This document shows, piece after piece, positions 36,929 through 45,085 of a DNA stretch of 64,000 bases. The stretch comes from an uncultured virus (IMG/VR IMGVR_UViG_3300010150_000013) (Duplodnaviria > Heunggongvirae > Uroviricota > Caudoviricetes). A program made the translations under genes and the position numbers. The stretch is taken from IMG/VR virus record IMGVR_UViG_3300010150_000013, positions 1 through 64,000 of that record. One strand, given 5' to 3'. Numbering within the stretch: the stretch's first letter is position 1; each line of letters opens with the position of its first letter. Below the pieces are notes generated by a model. That model saw only the letters and a program-made list of their open reading frames with translations. It searched no databases and was not told the origin of the DNA.

Positions 36929-37307
36929 AGATTTAATGGTACAACAACAAGTATCAAACGTATGGCAACATATGGTTGGTGTTATTTGTTTAAATCAAGT
37001 AAACAGGCGACAAACAAAGCCTGTTCTTACAAAATTGTTTAACAAGTATCCTACTGCACATAGTTTATTGCGTAGTTGTACTATTCCTATGCTAGAAGAA
37101 TTATTAGAGCCGTTAGGTATGCAACGTGTAAGAGCAAAAAGAATATATAAGATGAGTGTCCAGATTGAAAACTGGAACGGAGAAGATGCAACTGAATTAT
37201 ATGGTATAGGAAAATACGGTAATGATAGTTACAGAATATTTTATAAAAATGATATACCATCAGATGTAGAAGATAAAGAATTGAAGAGGTATATTGAACA
37301 TGGTTAA
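36921..37307 (+). CDS. MBD4-like HhH-GPD DNA glycosylase
   Basis: ICLNQV, LEPLGM..RAKRI, ELYGIGKYGNDSYRIFY...EDKEL resembles the MBD4 catalytic domain. Confidence 0.8.
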   Translation: MREDLMVQQQVSNVWQHMVGVICLNQVNRRQTKPVLTKLFNKYPTAHSLLRSCTIPMLEELLEPLGMQRVRAKRIYKMSVQIENWNGEDATELYGIGKYGNDSYRIFYKNDIPSDVEDKELKRYIEHG

Positions 37308-37410
37308 GTTTATTAAGACATGGCTAGGAATCACTAAGGATAGAATAGTTGGTGAGAAGCTCATGGAAAATATGGAAAAGAACGATAACACTAAAAAAGA
37401 TCAGGAGTAA
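37300..37410 (+). CDS. 36-aa peptide (not in ORF track)
   Basis: SD GAGG. MVKFIKTWLGITKD.... Fills operon gap. Confidence 0.45.
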   Translation: MVKFIKTWLGITKDRIVGEKLMENMEKNDNTKKDQE

Positions 37411-37412
37411 AT

Positions 37413-37640
37413 ATGACGACCTATGATAATAAATGTACAGTTACATGTACCGACAATGGCAAAGTTGCTGAAGCAGAAGTTGATCGTATTGAACCTAAAG
37501 ATTATTTAAAAATCTTTATGGCAGGCAATAAGATACACATGAAGTGGAACGGTAGAGTATTTGTAGGAAATGCATTTGGTTTTGAATTTACTACTCCAGG
37601 TCCAAGGCAATTTAACAACGCAATTCGAAGAGGCTTTTAA
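37413..37640 (+). CDS. Hypothetical protein
   Basis: SD AGGAG. Confidence 0.7.
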   Translation: MTTYDNKCTVTCTDNGKVAEAEVDRIEPKDYLKIFMAGNKIHMKWNGRVFVGNAFGFEFTTPGPRQFNNAIRRGF

Positions 37641-38014
37641 TGAAGGCTGATACTTTACAAATAGCAAGAGAAGAACAAAGAGCACCGTGGACAGAAGTTG
37701 AAATAGACACACGTGACTTTACTGTTTTTCGTGACAAGTATCCTGTAACCGAAGGACATTTATTAGTTGTACCCAAAGAAGCAACACAAGAAAACATTAT
37801 GAAATGTTTTAACTTTGCTATTACTATGGGTTATGATAATGTTGCAAGTGAAAAGACTAATATCACAGGTTACAATATAGGTTTAAATGTAGGTGAAAGT
37901 GCAGGACAAACAGTCATGTATCCACATGTACATTTAATATTCCGTCGTAATGGGGACATGGAAGATCCGAAAGGAGGCGTCAGAGGCGTCATCCCATCAA
38001 AGCAAAAATATTAA
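37640..38014 (+). CDS. HIT family nucleotide hydrolase
   Basis: DKYPVTEGHLLVVPK, GYNIGLNVGESAGQTVMYPHVHLI. First triad His replaced by Tyr. Confidence 0.88.
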   Translation: MKADTLQIAREEQRAPWTEVEIDTRDFTVFRDKYPVTEGHLLVVPKEATQENIMKCFNFAITMGYDNVASEKTNITGYNIGLNVGESAGQTVMYPHVHLIFRRNGDMEDPKGGVRGVIPSKQKY

Positions 38015-38023
38015 GGAAAGGTT

Positions 38024-38230
38024 ATGACATTGAGAGAAACTTTAATTAGTGCAGCTCGTAAACATGCAGAAGCAGACATTGCGGTGCACAAAGCAAATAT
38101 TGAAGTCTATATGCAGCAGGTAGTCGGTATTGGAGAACATTCTGATATTGTTGAAACTATCCAAAAAGAATTGGATAAAATGGCTGCTGCAACTGATAGA
38201 CTTGAAATGCTAGACAAGCATTTTAGCTAA
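38024..38230 (+). CDS. Hypothetical helical protein
   Basis: VGIGEHSDI motif. SD. Confidence 0.7.
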   Translation: MTLRETLISAARKHAEADIAVHKANIEVYMQQVVGIGEHSDIVETIQKELDKMAAATDRLEMLDKHFS

Positions 38231-38231
38231 C

Positions 38232-38414
38232 ATGGGTTGGCAAATTAAACTTGAAGAAGATCCGGACACAAAAGAGTTAATCTTACCTCTACCAACGGAT
38301 CTTCTTAACCAAATGGGTTGGGATATTGGAGATGACCTCGTTTGGGAGGAGCATATGCCTGGCCAATCTTACACTATTAAAAAGGTTGACAAACCTGGTG
38401 GAAAGAAGGTATAA
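38232..38414 (+). CDS. AbrB/MazE-like small DNA-binding protein
   Basis: LILPLPTDLLNQMGWDIGDDLVW. Confidence 0.6.
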   Translation: MGWQIKLEEDPDTKELILPLPTDLLNQMGWDIGDDLVWEEHMPGQSYTIKKVDKPGGKKV

Positions 38415-38415
38415 T
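38386..38415 (+). promoter_or_regulatory. Sigma70 promoter (leaderless queE start at 38422)
   Basis: TTGACA-18nt-TATAAT. ATG at 7th nt after -10. Confidence 0.75.
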
Positions 38416-38421
38416 AGTACT

Positions 38422-39363
38422 ATGAACGATAAAATACAGACACTCGAACAACACGACTTTAGTAAAACAATAGAAAAAAAGTTTTACTATTCTGAAATAT
38501 TTTATAGTATTCAAGGAGAAGGACATTACACAGGAGTTCCGACTGCTTGGATTAGATTCTTCTTGTGCAATTTACAATGTAATGGGTTTGGACAATTAGA
38601 TCCAACTAATCCAGATACATATGAATTGCCGTTTGAGGACTTTGATGTTGATAGTGTAAAACGTGTTGAGGACTTGCCTGTATGGGAAAAAGGGTGTGAT
38701 AGTAGTTACACTTGGGCTAAGAAGTTTAAGAAACTAATGGGTCAAGAAACTCCTACTGCTATGGCAAATAAGATTGTCGACTGCATAAAGAATGATAGCA
38801 ATCCAGAAGGTAAGTTTTTACATCCTGTAAGTAAACAACATCAACACTTGTGTTTTACAGGTGGCGAACCTTTGATGGTTACAGGACAACAAGCAGTGGT
38901 AGGTATATATAACGAATTAAAAAGACAAGGCAATTTGCCTGGTAGCATGACATTTGAAACTAACGGTACACAAAAACTTAGAGAACCATTTTTAGAATGG
39001 GCTAAGAGTATTGACACAGAAATATTTTTCAGTTGTAGTCCTAAACTATTTACTGTATCAGGTGAGAAACCTGAAAAGGCTATCAAGCCCGAACTTGTTG
39101 CTGAATATTTACAGGCATCTACAAAAGGACAACTTAAATTTGTTGTAGGTCCGAAACAGCGTGAGTGGGATGAAATGGAAGAAGCAGTTGAAAAATTTAG
39201 AAGTGTTGGTGTTGATTGGCCAGTATGGATTATGCCAACAGGTGCAAGAGAAGAAGAACAAACAGCAGGTGCAGGTGCAGTTGCACAAAAAGCATTTCAA
39301 AGAGGATATAATGTAGCCGCAAGGGTACACGTATACTTGTTTGGTAATGCAATAGGAACCTAG
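38422..39363 (+). CDS. queE: 7-carboxy-7-deazaguanine synthase (QueE-like radical SAM)
   Basis: SEIFYSIQGEG..TGVP..WIRF..CNLQC...GCDS, FTGGEP, ETNGT, SPK, LKFVV, RVH. Confidence 0.85.
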   Translation: MNDKIQTLEQHDFSKTIEKKFYYSEIFYSIQGEGHYTGVPTAWIRFFLCNLQCNGFGQLDPTNPDTYELPFEDFDVDSVKRVEDLPVWEKGCDSSYTWAKKFKKLMGQETPTAMANKIVDCIKNDSNPEGKFLHPVSKQHQHLCFTGGEPLMVTGQQAVVGIYNELKRQGNLPGSMTFETNGTQKLREPFLEWAKSIDTEIFFSCSPKLFTVSGEKPEKAIKPELVAEYLQASTKGQLKFVVGPKQREWDEMEEAVEKFRSVGVDWPVWIMPTGAREEEQTAGAGAVAQKAFQRGYNVAARVHVYLFGNAIGT

Positions 39364-39371
39364 GAGAATAT

Positions 39372-39752
39372 ATGTCATTTTTAACAAAAATGCTTGGCTT
39401 AGATAAAATTAAAGAAGTTAACGAAGCCAAAGAACAAGAAAAGAATAAACAACTTAGTCCAAAAGAACTTGCGACTAAGAAGAAAGAACCGTGGGTAGGT
39501 GTTATACAAACACACGTTAACAAAGAAAATGTCCGAAATGGCTTTTTTGAGCTTGACTGGAATAGGCATTTCGTGTTACAATTAGTTAAAGAAGGATACG
39601 GAGTTGAGAATGATAAAGAAGAAGAAATTATTGATCGTTGGTTCCGTGAGCTTTGCGCTAATGTTGTTGTTGATGGTGACTACGGCGGTCCATTAGAAGG
39701 CATGGCAACAGGCAATATAGATATTGAAACAGTAAAAAGAGATAACAAATAA
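39372..39752 (+). CDS. Hypothetical phage protein
   Basis: SD AGGAG. GFFELDWN motif. Confidence 0.75.
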   Translation: MSFLTKMLGLDKIKEVNEAKEQEKNKQLSPKELATKKKEPWVGVIQTHVNKENVRNGFFELDWNRHFVLQLVKEGYGVENDKEEEIIDRWFRELCANVVVDGDYGGPLEGMATGNIDIETVKRDNK

Positions 39753-40738
39753 TGACACACATTCTAGTAGATACAGCAAATACATTCTTCCGTGCAAGAC
39801 ATGTAATTAACGGTGATGCTGATATTAAGTTAGGTATGGCTTTCCATATTACACTTAACAGCATTAAGAAGGCATGGCAAGACTTTGATGGCACACATGT
39901 TGTATTCTGCTTAGAAGGTCGTAGTTGGCGTAAGGACCATTATGAGCCTTACAAGCGTAACAGGCAAGTTGCTCGTGATGCACTTACAGAAAAACAGCAA
40001 GAAGAAGATACTATCTTTTGGGAAGCATTTGATACATTTAAAGACTTTGTAAGTGAAAAAACTAACTGTACTGTATTACAACATAAAGAATTAGAAGCAG
40101 ATGACTTAATTGCTGGTTGGATACAACAACACCCAGATGTAGATCATGTTGTTGTTTCTACAGACACAGACTTTCAGCAACTAATTGCACCTAATGTAAA
40201 ACTATACAATGGTGTACAAGAAGTAACAACTACACATGAAGGTTACTTTGATAAGAAGGGCAATCATGTTATTGATAAAAAGACTAAGGAGCCTAAGACT
40301 GTTCCAGATCCGCAATGGTTGTTGTTTGAGAAATGTATGCGTGGTGACACTAGTGACAATGTGTTTAGTGCTTATCCAGGTGTACGTAAAAAAGGCACAA
40401 GAAATAAAGTTGGTTTACTAGAAGCATTTGAGGATAAAGACCTTAAAGGCTATAACTGGAATAACTTGATGCTACAACGTTGGGTAGATCATAACGGTGA
40501 AGAACATCGTGTACTAGATGACTATCAACGTAACGTTACATTAATTGATCTTACTGCACAGCCTGAAGATGTAAAAGATAAAATTACAGGTACTATTCAA
40601 GAGTCAATTGATGCAGATAAAAATATTAGCCAGGTTGGTGTAAGACTTATGAAATTCTGTAATTTATACGACTTAAAGAAAATATCAGATCAAGCACAAG
40701 CATACGCTGAACCATTAAATGCGAGGTACACAGTATGA
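39752..40738 (+). CDS. rnh: RNase H / 5'-3' flap exonuclease (T4 rnh-like)
   Basis: LVDTAN, SWRK..YK.NR, LEADD, STDTDF.QL, GDTSDNV. Confidence 0.9.
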   Translation: MTHILVDTANTFFRARHVINGDADIKLGMAFHITLNSIKKAWQDFDGTHVVFCLEGRSWRKDHYEPYKRNRQVARDALTEKQQEEDTIFWEAFDTFKDFVSEKTNCTVLQHKELEADDLIAGWIQQHPDVDHVVVSTDTDFQQLIAPNVKLYNGVQEVTTTHEGYFDKKGNHVIDKKTKEPKTVPDPQWLLFEKCMRGDTSDNVFSAYPGVRKKGTRNKVGLLEAFEDKDLKGYNWNNLMLQRWVDHNGEEHRVLDDYQRNVTLIDLTAQPEDVKDKITGTIQESIDADKNISQVGVRLMKFCNLYDLKKISDQAQAYAEPLNARYTV

Positions 40739-41211
40739 CAACAGAATTTAAAGCAAAACCTGTTTTAGAAGATAAATTTTGGATTGTTGAAGAACAAGGC
40801 CAAAAAATTGGTACGCTAAGAAAGAACGAAGATAAGTTTGTCTTTAGTAATGAAAACGGTGTTAAGTTTTATCATAATAAGAAAAGTATCTTAAGTGACT
40901 ATGGAAAAGACTTTTTTGTTGCTAAAATTGTAAAAGAAGCAGATGATTCTGATCCTAAAGAAGTACATGGCTTTAAGTGTAGTACTAAACCACACAACTC
41001 TATGTACGATATACAGAAGCGTTTACCTTTATTTACAAAGAGCAAAGACTCAAAGAGCTTGTATTGTTCAGGGTATTATGTTATTAAATTCGATAAAGGA
41101 TGGGTTAAATCGTTCTGTCCGAAGCTCATTACACTACAACGGTATGCGTATAAAGGGCCATTTAAGACTGATTTAGAGATGAAACAGGTACTATCTAATG
41201 TCAACAAATAG
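40735..41211 (+). CDS. Hypothetical phage protein
   Basis: ATGA overlap. 158-aa ORF. Confidence 0.75.
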   Translation: MTTEFKAKPVLEDKFWIVEEQGQKIGTLRKNEDKFVFSNENGVKFYHNKKSILSDYGKDFFVAKIVKEADDSDPKEVHGFKCSTKPHNSMYDIQKRLPLFTKSKDSKSLYCSGYYVIKFDKGWVKSFCPKLITLQRYAYKGPFKTDLEMKQVLSNVNK

Positions 41212-41446
41212 CCTTCCGCAGTCACTTCCTACCATTGAAAAAATACTACAACGAATTGCAGTTGCAGAGAAATCACAGCAATCAGACGTTAGAATAAGCA
41301 TACAAGAAGCACGATCACTAGCAATTGAGCTATCTATGTTTACATCTAAATTAGGTACTGTTGTAGCGTCTATAGATGAGCAATTAAAGCAGATCAAGCA
41401 GAATAGCGAACAAGTTGAAGTGAAATTTGAAGGCGGACAGTTCTAA
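41198..41446 (+). CDS. Hypothetical protein
   Basis: Operon packing. Confidence 0.65.
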   Translation: MSTNSLPQSLPTIEKILQRIAVAEKSQQSDVRISIQEARSLAIELSMFTSKLGTVVASIDEQLKQIKQNSEQVEVKFEGGQF

Positions 41447-41490
41447 AAAAGGATAAATATATACGTAGTTAATTAAAAGGATTACGTATA

Positions 41491-41775
41491 ATGAGTAGAC
41501 CAAAACCAACAGTGCTTCTCGAACATGTGAATCGAGAATCATATAAGACAGAACAAATATTAGAGAGCGAAGCAATTTGGGCGGTCTTCTATAAAGGAAA
41601 GCCGTTTAACTTAAAAAGCGGAAGTATGGTATCGAGCTATCCTGGACCGAAGTATAAAAAAGTATCGTTTTCTAATCCTGGCCATGCTAGGAACCTAGCA
41701 AAAAAACTAAACACACTTTTCCAAGTAAAGGACTTTGCGGTATACACACTAACTTCTGGAGCGAAAGAAGAGTAA
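41491..41775 (+). CDS. Hypothetical phage protein
   Basis: TAAATA at 41454. SD AAGGA. Confidence 0.75.
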   Translation: MSRPKPTVLLEHVNRESYKTEQILESEAIWAVFYKGKPFNLKSGSMVSSYPGPKYKKVSFSNPGHARNLAKKLNTLFQVKDFAVYTLTSGAKEE

Positions 41776-41781
41776 TGACAC

Positions 41782-42180
41782 ATGGATCAAAAGGACAACT
41801 ATACAAAAGTATTTCTGAAAGCCGCTGATCAGCCTTTTGACACTCCCGACATAAAGAATAAGAGAACATTATGGTGGTATAACATTCGTGATGTTGGCGG
41901 GCTACGTCTAACGGAAGAAGCAATAGTCCACATAGAACAGATAGCAAAGATTAAAACCTATAAAGTAGATTTTCCAAAACAATTTAAAATAACACCTAAA
42001 GTGCTTTTATGGCTTGACAATTTTATCGAATCACCGTATTATATAACTAAGAAATCAATAACTGTACTTAAAGAAAGGTCTGCTTTTGAATTGTATTTGT
42101 TTAGTGGGGATATCAGTAAAATGGGCTATAATAAAGCATTGTCCAAACGATTATCTGAAGAAACCGCGGACCAAGAATAA
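41782..42180 (+). CDS. Hypothetical phage protein
   Basis: Operon packing. Confidence 0.7.
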   Translation: MDQKDNYTKVFLKAADQPFDTPDIKNKRTLWWYNIRDVGGLRLTEEAIVHIEQIAKIKTYKVDFPKQFKITPKVLLWLDNFIESPYYITKKSITVLKERSAFELYLFSGDISKMGYNKALSKRLSEETADQE

Positions 42181-42214
42181 CATTCATTAACATAGCATAT
42201 AATAAATATTAGTG

Positions 42215-42484
42215 ATGATAGAACTTAATCCATTAGAAGTACTGCGTTCAAGAGAACTTAAAACTATGCCTCCGCATTTTGCAAAGATGCAGGTATCGGA
42301 TTCAGATCGTGTTGATCGTAGATTATCTGAGTGGGTTAAGACTAATACTAGTGGTAGGTATTGTATTAATACATATCCGGCTGCTAAAGAAAATAAATTC
42401 AAATCTGTTACATTTGTAGGGTTTGAAGAAGAGAAAGAACTAACATACTTTATGTTAGCTTGTCCATACTTAAGGAGAAACTAG
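42215..42484 (+). CDS. Hypothetical phage protein
   Basis: TAAATA at 42203 just upstream. Start 42212 (GTG) or 42215. Confidence 0.7.
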   Translation: MIELNPLEVLRSRELKTMPPHFAKMQVSDSDRVDRRLSEWVKTNTSGRYCINTYPAAKENKFKSVTFVGFEEEKELTYFMLACPYLRRN

Positions 42485-42485
42485 A

Positions 42486-42803
42486 ATGGCTGAAGAAAAT
42501 AAAACGCCGGAAACGGCAACAGAAGCAGCACCAACAAGTGGTCCTGTTCCTACACCAGGTGTAGATCAAAACGCACCTGCACAAGAAGCTGGGGAACCAG
42601 CAGCACCAGATCTTAACATTAGCGACCTTAATGCAGTAAAAAGCATTATTGAAGTTGCTACACAAAGAGGTGCATTTAAAGCAACTGAATTAGAAGCAGT
42701 TGGTAAAGCATTTAACAAACTAACAGCATTTTTAGATCATGTTGTTAAACAACAACAGGCTGCTGCACCAGGAGCACCTGAAGGGGGAATTAACAATGGC
42801 TAA
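42486..42803 (+). CDS. Hypothetical phage protein
   Basis: SD AAGGAG. RGAFKATEL motif. Confidence 0.75.
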   Translation: MAEENKTPETATEAAPTSGPVPTPGVDQNAPAQEAGEPAAPDLNISDLNAVKSIIEVATQRGAFKATELEAVGKAFNKLTAFLDHVVKQQQAAAPGAPEGGINNG

Positions 42804-43419
42804 AGAAATGAAGCACGTTGGTAAAATGACCAACACTGGCGATGCTGTAGTTGTAGTATTCAGAACTATTCCAGGTGAATCAAATCAGGCATTGGTACTA
42901 CAAACTGCAACATTACCTGATATCTATCATGACAGTTTAATGAAACTAATCGAAACAGATCAAGCTCAAGAAGCATATGAACTTGGTGAGTTTATGTTTA
43001 GAAATTCTTTTCCAGACGGAAGACCAATGTTACAATCAATGCAGGCTGATAATAGACTTATTAAAGTTGACACATCAAACGTAACTATGACACCTACATC
43101 TTCATCAGTAATTCAATTAAGTGAACTTAACGCTTTAATTGCTGAACAGAAGGGTGTTAGCATTGACGAGCTACACAAGTTTGTAAGTGGCGCACCAGAA
43201 GAAACTGCTGCGAATCCAGGTGCAGAAGCACCAGCACAGCCTGTTACTGAAGCAGTTGCACCACAAGACAACGGTGTGTTAAGTGACGATGATCTTGCTA
43301 AGTCTTATCGCTCACAAGCAGATAGATTAAGTAAAGAAGCAGCACAACTAAGACGCCAAGCTGAAGAACTTGTTCCTACGAAGAAGTCTACTAAAGCAAA
43401 AGTGTCAGAGAGTGCCTAG
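42796..43419 (+). CDS. Hypothetical phage protein
   Basis: Probable start 42796 after GGGG SD. Confidence 0.75.
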   Translation: MAKEMKHVGKMTNTGDAVVVVFRTIPGESNQALVLQTATLPDIYHDSLMKLIETDQAQEAYELGEFMFRNSFPDGRPMLQSMQADNRLIKVDTSNVTMTPTSSSVIQLSELNALIAEQKGVSIDELHKFVSGAPEETAANPGAEAPAQPVTEAVAPQDNGVLSDDDLAKSYRSQADRLSKEAAQLRRQAEELVPTKKSTKAKVSESA

Positions 43420-43720
43420 TAAGCATTATTTTAAACCACCAAAACATCTGGTTAAAGAATGGCCGGAGGTTTTTGACGACCTCTACATGAATACTATGCC
43501 TGTTGCATATTTAGATGCAATGATTTTAGAATTTAGTGACGGTAGAGTTTGGGAGATTGATGTTAAGGAACATCTTCAGGCAGATGATCCAGATAGTGTA
43601 GCAAAAAAAATGTTACAGACTATGAATGAATATAAAGATACTATTAAGAAAGTAGACTTTAAAATCAATGTTGATCTTCTAAAGAAAGAAATAAAAGATC
43701 GAACAGATCAGATATTGTAG
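43412..43720 (+). CDS. Hypothetical phage protein
   Basis: Probable GTG start 43412. EWPEVF motif. Confidence 0.65.
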   Translation: MPSKHYFKPPKHLVKEWPEVFDDLYMNTMPVAYLDAMILEFSDGRVWEIDVKEHLQADDPDSVAKKMLQTMNEYKDTIKKVDFKINVDLLKKEIKDRTDQIL

Positions 43721-43732
43721 TTTCTCACACTT

Positions 43733-43766
43733 AGGGAGTTAGTAGAAATACTAACTCTCTTTTTTT
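43733..43766 (+). terminator. Strong intrinsic terminator at convergence of + and - arms
   Basis: AGGGAGTTAGTA-GAAA-TACTAACTCTCT followed by T-run. Confidence 0.9.
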
Positions 43767-44943
43767 ATCTTGTATTTCCGTAATGAATAACTTCGTGTTT
43801 ATCTGAAGTGTAAGAACGCCAAGGATCAACTACAACGGAGTCGTCTGATAGTTCTACATAAAGCTCTGGATGAGATAAAAGAACACATGCTCTAAAAGGT
43901 CCTGGATCAGAACCATATACTAACGGATCAACTTGCATAGGATTAAAGCCGTACTCTGTACAATACTGTGCAACTAGTAAAGCATAACTTCCATCTATAT
44001 AAGGCACACCTGGTTTGTAAGCAATACCATTAATAAGAATAGGAAGTTCTTTTTCTTTTGCAATATCACAAAGTTTTTGTGCAACATTTTGCGCTTGAAC
44101 TTCTCTAGCATTCATTACTGCATCAAAAATATCATAACCAAGATCTAGTTTCTTTGCCATGTACCTAAGTGCAATATTATCTCTTGGGTGACAACTGCCA
44201 CCATCTCCCATTCCTGCTTTCATGTAACTTGGTCCCATGATACGTTGTGTACTTTCTGCAAGTGCTGTAGTAACTACATCAACGTTTATATTACCTTGCT
44301 TTTCAGCAACGTCTTGTATCATATTTACAAGTCCAATCTTTGTGCTAATAAATGTATTATAGAATACTTTGATACATTCGCATTCGTCCCAAGTACCAAT
44401 TACATATCTTGGATCGTTCTCCATGCATGTATCATAAAAATCTCTAAGCTCTTTAGCATCGCCGGTTTCAGTACCATCTTCTGTACCAATCATAACCATT
44501 TCAGGATTGACCATATCCCAAGCAACTGTACCCATAGCAATCAAATAAGGATTATAAACAAAACGTGTGTTAGTTATTAAAGGTACAAACTCACGCCTTA
44601 CTGTGCCAGGTAAAACTGTACTAATAAGAACAAGCATTTGTTTTTTATTCATATACTTATTTGCTTCTTGTAAACAATCAATAACAATATCGTATTGAAA
44701 GTCTTTAGGCTCTAAATGTGCTGTAGGTGCTTTGCCGTCATAGTTTGGATCATGTGGAGTAGGCACTGCAACGAATACAATATCTGCTTCTGATGCTACG
44801 TCTTTAATAGTATCTTCTACTATAACATAATCACTATCTAACGATTTATCTACATCATATCCAATTACTGCATGTCCTTTTTTGGCAATCTCTTCTGCGC
44901 AAGGCATACCCAATTTACCAAGTCCAATAAATCCAATTTTCAT
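43765..44943 (-). CDS. ugd: UDP-glucose/GDP-mannose 6-dehydrogenase family
   Basis: GLGKLG, VPTP, STVLPG, NPY, KVFYN, GDGGSCHPRD. Confidence 0.88.
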   Translation of the reverse strand: MKIGFIGLGKLGMPCAEEIAKKGHAVIGYDVDKSLDSDYVIVEDTIKDVASEADIVFVAVPTPHDPNYDGKAPTAHLEPKDFQYDIVIDCLQEANKYMNKKQMLVLISTVLPGTVRREFVPLITNTRFVYNPYLIAMGTVAWDMVNPEMVMIGTEDGTETGDAKELRDFYDTCMENDPRYVIGTWDECECIKVFYNTFISTKIGLVNMIQDVAEKQGNINVDVVTTALAESTQRIMGPSYMKAGMGDGGSCHPRDNIALRYMAKKLDLGYDIFDAVMNAREVQAQNVAQKLCDIAKEKELPILINGIAYKPGVPYIDGSYALLVAQYCTEYGFNPMQVDPLVYGSDPGPFRACVLLSHPELYVELSDDSVVVDPWRSYTSDKHEVIHYGNTR

Positions 44944-44988
44944 CTATTCTGTCCTTTTGATTAGTTACTGTTATTTACTTTTGGGCAT

Positions 44989-45080
44989 TAAAACGCTGTT
45001 TAAGCCTGGCTTTTTACACTGATACACAAGTAATGCTTATGCATGTTAACCACGCTGTATGACGCTTAAAATGCGTTTTA
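44989..45080. repeat. Long-spaced inverted repeat in intergenic region
   Basis: TAAAACGC-tgt-TTAAGC ... GCTTAA-aat-GCGTTTTA. Confidence 0.7.
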
Positions 45081-45085
45081 GACAC

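Noticed and set aside
38232..38414. Toxin-antitoxin pair around the AbrB/MazE-like gene
   Set aside because: No recognisable toxin gene is adjacent.
38326..38421. Track N-terminal extension of QueE (likewise 21042, 22019, 32892, 35475, 42739, 43370 starts)
   Set aside because: Extensions overlap upstream genes or promoters. Downstream starts fit SD/promoter geometry better.
38475..38481. In-frame A AAA AAG near the start of queE
   Set aside because: The -1 frame stops within a few codons and no stimulatory structure is evident. Expected by chance in AT-rich DNA.
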